A stretch of DNA of 64,000 bases from the human T2T-CHM13v2.0 reference genome, Homo sapiens (GCF_009914755.1 NC_060926.1); one strand, 5' to 3'; counted from the first letter of the stretch, positions 1-13,539 are shown. The notes: generated by a model not told the origin, from the letters alone. Numbers and translations: made by a program.

Positions 1-692
1 TGTGTCCAGACTATTTTTTTAATATATTGATGGATTTAATTAGTATTCTAAGGGACATTAGGCTACAGATTTTCTTTAATTGTAATGTCTGTCTGGCTTT
101 GGTATTAGAGTTTTGTTGGCCTAATAAGATGAAATAAGAACATTTTTCTCATCTATTTCCTGAAAAATAAGTTTATGTAGAATTTGTGGTTTTTCTTTCT
201 TAAAGGTTTCAGTTCACCATTAAATAATAGGGATTTATTTATAGGGGGTAATTATAAATTCAACTTTCTGAACAGATATAGGGCTAGTATGATTTTCTAT
301 TTCTTTTCGTGTCAGTGTTCTTAATTTGTATTTTTCTAGGAATGTGTCCATTTCATCTAAATTGACAAATCACATGAAATTATTCATATTTCCTTGTTAT
401 TTTTTACTATCTAAAAGATTCATATTCACACATCCTCATCTATTTCTAGTAATTATCAGTCTAGCTAAGGGTTTATCAATTTTATTGATTTGTTCAAATA
501 TTCAAATATTAGTTTTGTTTAATTTGATTTGAACAAATTTGATTTGTTCAAATGTTCAAATATTAGTTTTTCTCTATTTCTCCATTTTTCTGTTTTATTG
601 TTCTCTAGTATTACCTTTATTATTTCAATATTCTACATACTTTGGGTTAATTTGCTTTCATTTATTCTATATACTTTGGGTTAATTTGCTTT
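1..692 (-). mobile_element. Old L1 (L1M-type) ORF2 fragment
   Basis: Antisense L1 phrases such as 'gtctgtctggctttggtattagag', 'ttctaggaatgtgtccatttcatctaaattg' and 'gtctagctaagggtttatcaattttattgat'. Confidence 0.8.
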
Positions 693-694
693 GG

Positions 695-1290
695 GATGAG
701 GATTAATTGGCAAAGAGCAAGTTTATGAAAAGTTCTACATTTTGGTGGGCATGTGGATAAATGAATGTGTGAATTTGTCAAAACTCATCAAATTACATAC
801 TTAAGATTTTTGTATTCCACTGTATGTGAATTATCCCTTGACAGAACTGAAAACAAATATTAAACTCTCACTGGTAAGTTTAGGTTTTGCAGTTATTCAC
901 AATTCTAAAACTGCTTTCCATGTATTCTAGACCTGAGCAAATGAATATTTATATTAAAGATAATTTAAGCCAGGGTTTTTACCACTAGAGAAGAAAGTCA
1001 CAAATGTGGAAAACAGCAAAACCCTGTAGAGTTAGTTTGGAACTGGAAGTACAATGTCTTTAACTGACTTCCAAATGTTTCCAAAAATAATATACTCTGT
1101 GTGTGTGTGTGTGTATGTGTGTGTCTAGAGAAAGAGAGAGAGAAGGAGCAATAGAGACATAATAAAGAAAAATATAAACAACTGGTAAAGAATATACAAG
1201 AGCTCCTTAACCTATTCTTGCTCTTTTTCCTGAAATAAATTTTGATATCATATAAAACTTTAAAAGTTACCAAAAGTAAGTTCTGCTATA
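695..1290 (+). mobile_element. L1MC/L1ME-type 3' end, interrupted by (TG)n/(AG)n at about 1098-1145
   Basis: 'tttgtcaaaactcatcaaattacatacttaagatttttgtattccactgtatgtgaatta' followed by L1MC4-like 3' extension. Confidence 0.65.
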
Positions 1291-2723
1291 CAAGTGAATA
1301 TTGACCTATTTAATCATTTAACAGGGAGGTGCACTCTTAGCTGGAGACAGGATGAGGAGACTGGCACTGATTCCTGCCTTAGGTAGGCATGGCAGTTTTC
1401 TGGGATGAAAAGGTAAAGAACAGAAGCACAGGGAACATTCTCTGGAAAGAAAACTGTTACGATATGTTTGTTCTTGAGGGACTCAAAATAGAAAATCCCT
1501 TTTCCTTTAAGAACACTTGCTGGAGGGGGTTGGGGGAGAGATAAAATTAAACATTGGCACAATGGTGCTGGAAGCCACTTTAGGAATAACTTCTATAACC
1601 TTTTTAGTAATTTTCCATGCTCCGGACAAAAAATTTTCTGTAACGTTCAGTTCTAAAAACAAATTGTCCTTTTTCTAAGAACTATGCAACATGCTCATTT
1701 CCACCTTTTTCCTTTCCTAATTTTAGAACAAAGCAAGCTGTTATTAGGTTGTCTTTTTGTATTTATCATGTAAAAAACTGCTGAAGGCTTTCTTGAAAAC
1801 TGAAATAAAAGAAATGTGGTATATTGTTTTCTTTTTCATTTTCCTTTTTCTTTTTTTGGTATGTGCATGTAAAGGTAAACATTTCAAATTGCCACAATAT
1901 AATTTAATTCCTCTCAAAGTCTGACAACGCCTTAATAACAACACATTATTCAAGGGCCTGTTTAAGGTTCCTGCCTCCATTTAACTTTTCATCTAAGTAT
2001 TTATCTATTGTACTTTATCCCAGATCCTATGATAATAAAAAATACACATCACTTTGCTTCTGATCTGTTAGGAACATGCTTCTTTCTATAAAGCCAGGAA
2101 AAGAGATTTTCTATTTTCACCTCCAGTCTGACACTCAAGACTCCAGACCCTATTCGGTACGACTGTCACTTCTGGTAAAGTACACTTGAACAAAGATTTA
2201 AAGCCAAATACTTTTTTAAATTATGTAGATTTCTGTTGGAGGAATAGACTTCTTATTCCTAAAAAATATATAGAAAGCATGAATATTAATTCAGAGATGA
2301 GTATGTTCTATTTCTAATAGGGCATGTTTTTGGTACTACCAGATGTTAGCATATTCTTAATTCAAATCATCAGGTTCAGTTACATCACCAGGAAGGGCTG
2401 CTGTATTCTTCCTGTATTTGAGCTATTAATAAAATATGTTCTTAATTTTAAAAATTGCTTGGCTTGGGTGTGGGGCATTACTGTGGGGAGTTGAAAATAC
2501 AGGAAAGCAAAGCAACATATTTGGACCACTGAGGTTTTCTAAGAAACACACTAAAATAAATTTCATATAATGTTAGAGCCATTTTCCCTTTAAACTCTAT
2601 GTTGTCTGTGATACAATACTGATTTAAATCTACTCATTAATCCTGATAGTGGCATTTTAATTAAAGGTATATAACAGGTTAATAAACCCAACATCATTTT
2701 AAATCCCTGAAAGAAAAAGAGAA

Positions 2724-2777
2724 GTGTGTGTGTGTTCATGTGTGTGTGCACGCATGCATGTGTGCATGTGTGCACAA
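2724..2777. repeat. Degenerate (TG/CA)n alternating purine-pyrimidine tract
   Basis: gtgtgtgtgtgttcatgtgtgtgtgcacgcatgcatgtgtgcatgtgtgcaca. Confidence 0.9.
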
Positions 2778-3303
2778 TATGAAAACTGTCAAATTATTTT
2801 CTGCAATCCAAAGCCTCTCTATTCATGACTTGAAATGAAGGGAATGCACCCTATGGGAAGCATTCACCCAACCTGTGCACAAATGTTTTGGCTGTGAAGT
2901 AGTGGAGACATATGGAAATCATTTTCCTTACATAAAACATGGCTGAGATAAAACATGGCTGAGATAAGTCACACCTAAACAAAGGTTTCCAGGATCTTCA
3001 AGAGTCAGAGTAGTTCAGAGTAAAGGTATAGCCCTACTACTCTACTTCTTCAATGTCAGTGATCCAAAGAAAATGAGAAACTTATTTTTTCACTCTTAAA
3101 AATCAACTTATTATGAAAGATTATTATTTACTTAAGTTATTTTTAATTATGCATACTATTGCTATATGGTACCATTTTATTTTACTGATTTTAAATAGAG
3201 GTAAAGGTTATATTTCACATTAAGGATACTAGAAGCCAATTTTACCTAAGTTATAGCCGAGAAGAAATATATTTTTTAAATTACATGGAAAAAACCTCTA
3301 AGG

Positions 3304-3499
3304 CAGAGAGGGCAAATAGGTTTCATGCTGAAAGCCACTTTTAATCAATTGGTAGTGAATACATGAAACATGGATTGAAAAGGAATCTAAAGTGGTGACC
3401 AGCCTTCAAGGGAATGAGAACCATTATTGATTAATGATGTCTGCCTTGGGCACTAGACTGGAAAGTTGCAGCACTTCTCTTGTGTATTTACCAAACCTA
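3304..3499. mobile_element. hAT-Charlie MITE (Charlie15a-like)
   Basis: Termini 'cagagagggcaaataggtttcat' and 'gtatttaccaaacct'; internal 'aatcaattggtagtg' and 'tgattaatgatgtctgcc' match recalled consensus. Confidence 0.6.
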
Positions 3500-3574
3500 A
3501 GCATGGTGAAATGTTGTCAGCTTTTAAGTACATATTCAAAAATTATGACTTAAAAGAAATAGTTACATGCTTAT

Positions 3575-4210
3575 AGACTATTGGTGAGAATATTAATTAG
3601 GTCAGCTACTGTGGGAAGCAGTTTGGAGATTTCTCAAAGAACTCAGAACTACCTTTCAACACAGCAATCCCATTACTGGATATATATCCAAAAGAAAATA
3701 AATTGTTCTGCCAAAAAGACGCACGCACTTGTATGTTCATCACAACACTACTCACAATAGCAAAGACATGAAATCAACCTAGGTGCCCATCAAAGGCAGA
3801 TTTGATAAATAAAATATGGTGTATGTACACATGGAATACTACACAGACATAAAAAAGAACAAAATCATGTCCTTTGTAGCAACATGTATGCAGCTGGAAG
3901 CCATTACTGAGTGAGTTAATGCAGAAACAGAAAACCAAATTTCTCATATTCTCACTTATAAATGGGAAGCTAAACATTGAGTACCCATGGGCATAAAGAT
4001 AGCAACAACAGACACTGAGGACTATTAGAGGGGAGGAAGAGAAAGGAGCAAGGGTTGAAAAACTAACTCTTGGGTACTATGCTCACTATCTGGGTGACAG
4101 GATCATTCATATCCCAAACCTCAGCATCATGCAGTATACCCACGTAACAAAGCTGCATATGTACCCCTGGAATCTAAAATAAAAGTTGAAATTATGAAAA
4201 ATAAAAAAAA
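3575..4210 (+). mobile_element. L1PB/L1PA16-like 3' fragment with poly-A
   Basis: 'cagcaatcccattactggatatatatccaaaagaaaataaattgttc' through 'gtacccctggaatctaaaataaaagttgaaatt' plus A-tail. Confidence 0.92.
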
Positions 4211-5197
4211 GTTACAGATATTCTAATAAAGAAATATGAATTTATAAAAATAAAATAAAATAAGCATGAGATCAAAATGAGACAAGTACATAGGCGAAAC
4301 CATACAACTGATGTGTGTGCTATGGAAGCATCACAGACTTAGCCCTTGATTTTTTATCTGCCAACTGAAGGGAAAATCTAGGGTACATAATTCATTGCAT
4401 CCCTAAGATAAAAAAGAATCATTTTCCAGGTGGCTTACACACATTCTTGATATGAAGATTGTCCAAGGATTTTACTCTAATAAATCATAAAGATAAAAGA
4501 ATGCCACATAGTCAAGAATACCCTTAACAAAAATGTAACAATGAACTTAATAGGCCTGTTTTGATCATGACTTTTCATATAACTTGATAGCATGCCACTA
4601 AAATAGAATTTAAGAACAGCAATTTTGCAAGAGACCAACCAAATGTGCTTTCTACTGATCTGGTTAAGTTATAATTTTAATATCTAAATCCAGAAATCTT
4701 TGAATATTGATTTAGTATGTAGGTAACTACTGAGTGGCTACAAGCTTAAGACTATTCACTAGCAAGTATTTGGAATGCATTACTTTCTGTTGCCAGGCAT
4801 AGATAAATCTGCATGCGTTGACAGTCAACCTGATTAAAATAAGGGTGAATTTCAGTCTGGCTTTTGAAGCCCATGGCTGCAGCTAAGAGGCCAGCATTCT
4901 TCCTTCCCACTAGCAGGGCTACGACATTCAACTTCTACCTTCTCTGTAAAACACGAAGTGTATGACATGTCCCAGTTTTTCTTTTGTTTTATTTTCAATT
5001 CACTCCTACATCCAATGGAACTTTACTTTTCAAAACAACAGAATATAATAATTTGACATTACGGAAATGTATTATTAAGAAGTTTAGTTGCATCAGGAGA
5101 GTCACCCAATCAAGGAAGTTAACAAAAGCATTTGTGAATCCAGGTCGCTTCTCTCTCTAGCCTAGAGCTTTTGAGTTTGGGTTTATGAATCCTCATA

Positions 5198-5448
5198 GGC
5201 CAATTAGCTTAGCTGGTTAGAGCCTGGTGCTAATGATGCTAAGGTCAGAGAGTTGGTCCTCTGGGAGTCAGTGCACTTTGAGTAGAAAAAAATAGCACAA
5301 AATCATTTCCACAGCCATACCTTGGACCTTTAACCAAAGTCATCCATCTCTCAAAGCCTCATTCTTAATCCCAACTGAGACTAGATAGGAGCGCGTGGCT
5401 GGCTCAAGGCCACTTTTCACTAATATCTGATTTTCTGATGGTGGGCTA
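5198..5448 (+). mobile_element. MamSINE1-like tRNA-derived SINE with tRNA-Ile(AAT)-like head (5198-5270)
   Basis: 'ggccaattagcttagctggttagagcctggtgctaatgatgctaaggtc' resembles tRNA-Ile-AAT; T-arm/B-box decayed; body 'ccacagcca', 'gagcgcgtggctggctca', 'ctgatggtggg' fits MamSINE1. Confidence 0.75.
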
Positions 5449-5589
5449 CTTCTAAAAAGAAGAAATTTTATGACTTCTGCCTTTTAGTCAAATTAGATAT
5501 GCTGTTTCCATGCCAAATATACATTGATTTTTCCAAGTTAATTTCTACTCAATTCAACAGAGATAATGAAATCCGGATGTAAGAAGGCA

Positions 5590-5960
5590 AATACTAACAT
5601 TTATTGAACATCTATTCTGTCAGGCACTTTTGGATACCTTATATACATGAAATTATTTAATACTCACATCAACCCTTCTGGAGAATGGACATACATGTGC
5701 ATATAAATAATTATGTAAATAAATATAAATAACTCTAAAACTGGGTTTCGTGTATTGGAATCAGACAGACTTGAATTTAGTTCCCAATCCCTTAATAACT
5801 ATAGTGTTAGGTAACCTTATGTGAGGTTTTTTTTTTTTTTTGGTAGGTAAATGGGGGATATTAATAATACCTATCTCACATCATAAAGATAATGTTAAAA
5901 TTAAATGGAAGGATATACACTAAATTTTTAGCATAGTACCTAGGATACAGAAGTATTCAA
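5590..5960. mobile_element. MIR fragments (minus about 5590-5680, plus about 5750-5960)
   Basis: 'taacatttattgaacatctattctgtcaggcac'; 'tggaatcagacagacttgaattt...taaatgggggatattaataatacctatctca'. Confidence 0.7.
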
Positions 5961-5961
5961 G

Positions 5962-6042
5962 AGAGAAGGGAAGAGACAAGAAGAGAGGGGAGGGGAGGGG
6001 AGGGGAGGGAAGAGGAGGGGAGGGAAGGGAAGGGAAGGGAAG
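5962..6042. repeat. Polypurine (GGGGA)n/(GGGAA)n tract
   Basis: Directly visible. Confidence 0.95.
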
Positions 6043-6114
6043 ACTCAAGTAACTGAGTTTTTCCATGTTCTTGTACCTTGAGAGTGAGACAACAATATTT
6101 TAATAAATATTAAC

Positions 6115-6319
6115 AAATCAATAGATTTGTTTTTTTCTGTAAAGGGTAAGATAGCAAATATTTCTGACACCCGCATCCCCAACCCCAACAACTACTCAAG
6201 TCCACCAAGAAGCAGCTGTAGACAAACAAATGGGCATGGCTGTGCTCCAATAAAACCTTACCAAAAGCAGCAGAAAGCCAGATTTGTCCCACAGGCCATA
6301 GTTTGCCAGCCAACCCTTG
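6115..6319. mobile_element. MER58A (hAT-Charlie)
   Basis: 'ttttctgtaaagggtaagatagcaaatatt', 'aatgggcatggctgtgctccaataaaac', 'ggccatagtttgcc'. Confidence 0.85.
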
Positions 6320-6797
6320 GTCTAAAACTGTTTTATGCTCTTTGGTTACAAATTAATAAACTACTAAATTTAACTTTGCAAAGTGAGACTTTTCAATTCT
6401 GAATGAGCTTTAATGTTGCATTACTGTTAATTTTCTATTGCTATCTTTCAAAGCTTCTTTGTTCAGCTAAATTTGACCATAATTACAATGTTGTTAGAAA
6501 TGAACAAAGAAGTAGGGAACAAGATAAGTTTAAAAGAATTTACCAGGAAGAAGAAATCTCAGCATACATCATTTCTTATATATCAGATTATTTAAAATTA
6601 ATAAATCAACACAAAGGATTTGGATTTTGAAATTAGGTACTTCAGAGTACATAGTTCATCTTATTTCTAGAAAAAATCATTGCTTGTATAGGGGTTATGG
6701 AAATCTCTGGATTTTTCCTGCCACCTAAACATTCTGAGGCCCAAGCGCTAGTATCTGTCCTCTGCAGGAGAATATTCTCAGCCTCATTGGCAAGATT

Positions 6798-7180
6798 GTA
6801 GTTCTGAGTCTGACATTCAAGTCTTTAATCCATTTTGAGCTGATGTTTGTATAAGAAGGGTCTAACTTTATTCTTCTGCAAATGGATATTCAGTTTTCCC
6901 CAAGTCATTTGCTGGAGAAACTGTCTTTTCCCCAGTGTATGTTCTTGGCACCTTTATCCAAAATCTGTTGGCTGTAAATATATGGGTTTATTTCTGGGTT
7001 CTCTATCCTGTTCTTTTAGCCTATGTGTCTGTTTTTATGCCAGTACCAGACTGTTTGGGTTACTATAGCTTTATAGTATATTTTGAAGTCAGGTAGTGTG
7101 ATGCCTTAAGATTTGTTCTTTTCACTCACGCTTGCTATGGCTATTCAAGGTTTTTGTGGTTCCATGTGAATTTCAGAATG
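6798..7180 (-). mobile_element. L1M/L1MA ORF2 fragment
   Basis: 'aagtctttaatccattttgag', 'tttgaagtcaggtagtgtgatgcct', 'gtggttccatgtgaattt'. Confidence 0.9.
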
Positions 7181-10084
7181 CACATAAATATTCTGAGGTA
7201 TTATCTTAACTGATTTATAACTTATTTACAAAAGGACATAATTTTTAATACTCTTTTCTGGTCTTGATACAAAGAGTTTCCACTAAAGATAAGAAGTGGT
7301 CATTCATTAAATAAAATGTTTCAAAGTCCAATAAATCCTAACATCATTTAACTTAGCATGTGTAAGCCACGTTTGCATCAGTTAGAAAAATGGTGGATGC
7401 TTTACACAAAGAGGGAAAGCTTGCAAAGAAAGAAGAGGAAAATGCCAGGGCCTTTGTCAATATTTTGATAAAACACATAAAAATAGAATAATTTTATTTT
7501 GTTTCATCTGTTTCCGTTTGGTCTGCCTCTTATATCAAATACATTTTGCACCTCCGAGCTCAGTGACTACTCAGTGATTTTTATTTTGTTATTATTTTCT
7601 TTTTCTACTTAAGTCTGGAATATTTTGAAAGAAGAATGTTGGCTACTTCCTAACTTAGACTACCCTAATAGGGCCACAAGATTCATACAAGAAAAGATTT
7701 TGCCATTTCTTTCTATAAATCTCTGACATCACCCCAAAACTCAGGTGAAGATTTCATTGTGCGCTATCTGCTAAGAATGACACCATATTTGTATCACTGT
7801 GATTTCTGTTCCCTGGTTCAACTGATTAGAAATAGGTGAGAATGAGTCTATCCTCTCCCCACTGTCTCACAGCTATGTGGTGAAGAACATCTGCTTTCTT
7901 CTCCCTCTCACATGTGTTTAGGCAATGCTAGAATATTTCTCCTTACTTGTGACAACTTCAGTTTCTTAGCATCCAGGAGAAACATTATTTTAAAATAATA
8001 AAATACCAGTTTTAGAGAAGAATGGCTAAAAAATTAAACACTTAAGATGGGAGTAATTTCTGGCAAGTCCATTCATTCATTCATTGCATCTGAATATACA
8101 TATTCTGTCTCCCCAAACTCAAGACCTCACTGAGAACGTTCCATTTAGCAAACTCTATATAATGACATCTAAGAGGAGTCCCACTAATCAGTTTCCAGTT
8201 CCAAAGGGTCAGCACAATCCAATTATTCTGAAAATCTGGTAAGTGCAACACATAAGAAACTTTTTACCATTTCATGTGCATCATATGGCACTGCCAAAAT
8301 GCTTTGGCAAATTTGCTTATGGATTATTTAAAAAATCAAATTTGTTTGGCATTATTAATATCTAACAAAGAAATACCATTGTTCAAAGGAATGGAACAGC
8401 ATGTCTCTTCACCTTCAACTCAAAAACAGAAATATGACTTGGGTCAGTGGACATTTACAGGAAGGTAACAAACCTGGTTGAGAGAAACATGCTATATTTT
8501 TCCAAAATGTCAGCCATGTGGATGGCAAGTGAAATAGGCCTAAGACTTGAAAGAACTTTGACTTCATCCAATGGAGATTAGACTCCAGGACAGTAAGATT
8601 TAAGATTAATGCTTATACTTCTTTGAAGCCATTACATGTAGTTGCTTTGGCTAAGATATTAATATAAGTTAGGAGGATTATTAGAAACCAGTATAATTAT
8701 ATAATGTGCCTAGGCCCATAGGGCCATACAATTTTTTTATGATAAACATAGTGGTTGACATTTAAATTGTTTTCTTTTCAAAGCCAACCTTATATTTAAT
8801 ATCTTATTTAGTCTACTTGAACTTTGGGAAGCTGGTAGGTTGAACCTTAGTATTTCTACTTAATATATAAGAAAACTATTACCCAAGATGGTTCATACTA
8901 CCTCTGTTCAGAGAAGTGGATAGTAACAGGATTCACATTTCAACCATTAAATCTTCCAAATTTAATTTTTTTTTCCAATAGCAAAAGTTGTGCCTTTTTA
9001 AACTAATGCTTAGAGGTGAGTCCTAATATTTTGCTGGTGATTCTTCTTCAAATAGTTTTTAATATTCACCTGACATTATCATTGTATAGGCAAAAACAAT
9101 ATACACAAGCACAAAGACCATGTCAAAGTCCAATACGCTACAAGAAGAAAGTGATTTCTTCATATTTTGAATTTTTCTTTGTCACTTTAAACTCTACAGC
9201 CACTGTGATTCTATGGAAACACACAAACAAGGGAAACCAAACAGGAAGCGCTCTATTTTCTTATTATCAGCAGGAAATTTAGCTCAGGAAGTACAATAAA
9301 ACCTTGGCCATTCAGAATCCTTAGGGAATAGATCCTTCCAGAAAACCAAGCTTTGCAAATCTCTGAGGGCAAATCCCCTTAAGTCTTGAAAACAGGTTAT
9401 TTAATTGTTTTGAATTGAAACATTTTGAAATGTACTAGGCATTCCCTGCATGTTTAACTGAATTAGTTATTTCTTGGTCAAAGATCTTTTAACGCAAATC
9501 ATTTACTATATACTACCTAAATGCCCTTAGATTCAACCGCGGAATGTAAGAAGACTTCAACGATCAATTAAATCACCCAAGTTTGCATGTGTGTATATGT
9601 GTATGCATGCTAATTGTGTTTGCTTTTGGAAGATTTTCTGTCACTTTCCTTGCAATCAACTCTTGTTCATTCTTTAATAAGTAAACCCTCTTTCCCCTTT
9701 TAATTCGCAAAATTGAGTATAGATAACCAAGCCTGTTAAAATTGAGAATAGGCTACAGGTGGAAACCTGAGGTCTTCTATGTACAGCTAGAATATGGCTT
9801 TATCTCATGGACTCTGTGATACCTCAGTAAAATGAAAATCAAATAAGTATTCTTTATTTTGCAGTCTGGATCCAATTAGTGTTCTTAACTGTGTAGACAC
9901 AGTCTAAGACAGAATGGTGTTAACAAATTTAAACATAATGGTTTATAATAATGGTACAATAGACATGCATGTGAATTCAATGATAGTTTGGGTCCTTGGG
10001 TTTAAGAAAATAAGCTCATATTCAAATTTTTCTTGGAATCAAAACTATCATAACTTGTAATTTTAAAACTACCAAGTTAAATTT

Positions 10085-10705
10085 CAGCAATTAATGCATT
10101 AATTCAGAAATATCTACTAAATGGTAATTATGTGCAGGCACTGCCTTGTGTTCAATGTACCAATAAATTGAGCCACATTGACATGTGTATTCTTAGCCAA
10201 TTTTATTAGTTTGGCCATTATTTATAAACAATTTATTAATTTCATTAATTTAAGCTGTTATTTATTTAGTTATTCATGCAAGTGTCTTCTATTTGCAGAG
10301 ATTATGCCAGATCTTGAGGAATTAATGGGAAACCAAAATAGATATGCCCCCAGCTTCTTATGCAGCCAGTGTATTCTTGGGGGAGTGAGACAATAAAATC
10401 ATCAGCAAATATGTAAAAACACACTATGGTCAGGACAATGTACAGGAGGTAGAGAGGCTCATGAGAGCACATTCCTGAGCACTTGAGTGGGATGTCAGCG
10501 AGTCTCCTGCCAGATAGTCAAAGTTTAAGGTAAAAGTGAATGAGTTAACCAGGTAAAAGCAAAGACTCTGGGGCAGGGCTGGGATACATGTAGGGTACCC
10601 ACAGAGGACTGCATGACTGAAGCTCAGAAACTGAGCAAGAGAATGGAGAAATGTGGAGACTTGAGGGGCTGGCCAGATGATAAAGAGCCTTATAAACCTT
10701 GTAGA
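10085..10705 (-). mobile_element. L2 3' fragments
   Basis: 'cattaattcagaaatatctactaaatggtaattatgtgcaggcactg' and downstream antisense L2 body ending 'gccagatgataaagagccttataaacc'. Confidence 0.6.
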
Positions 10706-11199
10706 ATAGATTCTCTCAGAGATATTATTTTTAACCTACCTATGGGAACTTACTGAAGTAGTAACTTGTTTTCAAAGTGCAATAGAATAATTTCATATTA
10801 AAATATGAATGAATTTTACATTTTACATGAAATATAAAAGTAGAGAAACATGTATTGAAATGCCCTCCATGATCTCTTTAACCATTCCTGCATCCTACAT
10901 GGATGTACCTTGATATGAACTCCTATACCTACTTCATTCAATACCATGCAACTTCAATTTCTGCTTTATGCTTTTCTGTGTTGCTTCCCATCTAGAAAAG
11001 TAATATAAGATGATCTCCAAAATACACTCAGTATCAAGTCAAGAGAGGGCTCATCTAGATAGAGCAGGAAGAGATCAAGAGCACCCCATCCTGACTGAAG
11101 GGGAAAGATACCAAAAGGACATGCCAAATTAAAGAATGATATGGAAATCTCTACAATGAGGGATTTCAGAAGAAAATGGAGCCATGGATTATGAGCTCA

Positions 11200-11720
11200 A
11201 TTAAACTCTTGGAAAATATTATAGGTAAACATTTAATATATGTGTCAGAACACTTGGGGAAAAATTGTAGTGAGTACATAGAAAACTAAGAAAACATTTT
11301 AAAGATAATAATTCCCTTCAGGAAAAAGTAAAGAATTGTATAAAAAAAGGAAACAAAGTTGTAGTGTACCTCTTTGTTCAGGAGAGGCCACTTCATGTAA
11401 ATATGTACAACTGGACACAAGAAGAGACTGAAAGTAGGGTGTGTGTACATGTGTGTGGTATAAGATAATTAAATCTTCATAAGCAGCTTATATATTCAAT
11501 AGCTTATATATTGATAAAAATCACTATTAAATATTATTTCAGAATATAGATTTAACTTATATTATATTATTATAATACTTAATGTAATTAACCCAAAGAA
11601 GTGAAACTAGTAAGTATAGAAGGGAGAAGAGAGCTACTATTTTTGTTTATAAATTTTATAGGACAATTTGACATTTTAAGACATACGGATATGATGTTTT
11701 CATAAATATTAACTTTAAAA
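11200..11720 (+). mobile_element. Old L1MC/L1ME 3' fragment
   Basis: 'tagtgagtacatagaaaactaag', 'ctactattttgtttataaattttataggacaatttgacatttt'. Confidence 0.45.
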
Positions 11721-12698
11721 ACAGGCATATGCATATATTTCTCAAATTATTTGAATTTATCTGATCAGTGGAAACTAGAATTTGGACTAGCATTTAGACA
11801 AAATTGAAAACAAGATAAGTCATTTTGGAAAGAGGGTACTGATATTTTCAAAGCTCTGCTCTTTCCGCATTTATTCTCGTATAATTGTCTTTTTTTTTTT
11901 CTACAGCAGTTCAGGAATTGCTAATACTACTCTTGAGGTCATTTTTCGAGGTGTGAGTTTAAATGGAAAATATCTGTCTTGAAAATCTGCCAACAGATGA
12001 CAAGTAAGGAAAGGGATAACTTGCAGCTCCATTATTCTGAAATAGATTTATAAAGACAAAATGTGGTTCATTGAGGTCAGCTTCAGGATTCAACCTGAAA
12101 TAGTCACAAAACTACCAGCTCCCTTTGAGCTTAGGAAACATACTTTCAGCACCTGAATGACATGACCTTCTTTGTACTTTAGAAATTATTAACATCTCTG
12201 GCTTACAGATGTTTAAAGACCAGAAAATTAAATGGAAAATATCAGAGAAATAATACTAATTATTCCTAATTAGTCTTAGAAGATCTATAAAAGCACAGAG
12301 TTATTTGAAAGGCTGTTTCATCTGAGATACTTATTCAAATTCATGAATACTCTGGAGTAAAGGTCAGTGGTCAAACCCTCATGACTTGTGGCTCCATGAT
12401 GAAACTGTTTTTCCAAGAGTAGAGACAAAATGTTCAATAAGCAGTTACTTTAAATCCATTTTTTCTAATCATTTAAAAAAAATTTTATCAACCAGAAATG
12501 ATTGGGCAATTTTGATAATAAAATAAGAATTCCAAAGATAAATTGTACTCAATGTCTTCAGTGCAAATTATGTACCTAATTTCCTTTTGTTCCCTACATA
12601 ATGTTGTACTTTTCCACTAGTCCAAAAATTTTTATAGAAAAAAATTAATATCTACACAATAATCTTCTTAAGTCTGAAGGAGTAAGGATGAACCTTGT

Positions 12699-13270
12699 TG
12701 TGTTAGTCAGCAGTCTAGCTGCAAAACCCAGTATCCACTCCGCCTGGTTTAAGCAGAAAAAGAATTTATTGAAGGTTATTAGGTGTTCACAAAGTCTACC
12801 TGAAGCCAGATAACCAGGTTTCTGTGCTGTGCAGGAGAACCTTTGCTGGAAGTTTTGGCTACAAGAGCCAATACAACGTGATTAGAAAAACCTCATCACA
12901 TTTTGGAGCTTCTTCAGAGAAAGCACTGTTGCAACCTCCTTAGGGCCCCTGCGTGGCATGAGTGGATACTGTGTCGGATTAGACAACAAAAGCTCTGCCA
13001 CCTCTGTTCCCTAAAAATCAGATAATTTCTTTCAGAAGATGATTCCTGCACACACAACACCTCACTGTGCTCACTTCTGAACTGAGGTCCTGCCTGGATC
13101 ATTGTATGGCCGAAGGTGACATCACGTTACACACCTGGACCCTGTGTGGGATGTAAAACTCTCATTAGTACATGCAGGACATAGTCTTCATAACACAAGA
13201 ATGTCTCCAAACTTGAAAAGACAGACAAAAAGGTTCTGGGCAACCATGGCACATGGCAAATGTCCACTCT
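12699..13270 (-). mobile_element. Old MaLR LTR (MLT1L/M/N-like)
   Basis: Starts 'tgtgttagtcag', contains 'tttaagcagaaaaagaatttattgaagg', ends 'caaatgtccact'. Confidence 0.7.
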
Positions 13271-13539
13271 TCAAATGCCACAATAAATACAATTGGTTCA
13301 ATCCCTAGTTAGTGACAATCAATGCTAAGGAGTTATAAGTAAATCACATTATAAATTATAAATTGCTTTATAAAGCAAGTTTCATAGTGGGAAATTCAGG
13401 CCTGCATTTAACCGAGACGAGACTGTGGTAATCAGATGGCCCAGAGCAATGGTATCTCATGGGATACCACGTGGGTTCTACAGTGAGTGATTTTCCATAG
13501 AGTTATCATGGAATAATGATGATGATAATGCTGATGGTG

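Noticed and set aside
5198-5270. Functional tRNA-Ile gene
   Set aside because: B-box/T-arm and acceptor stem are degenerate, and the sequence continues into a SINE body.
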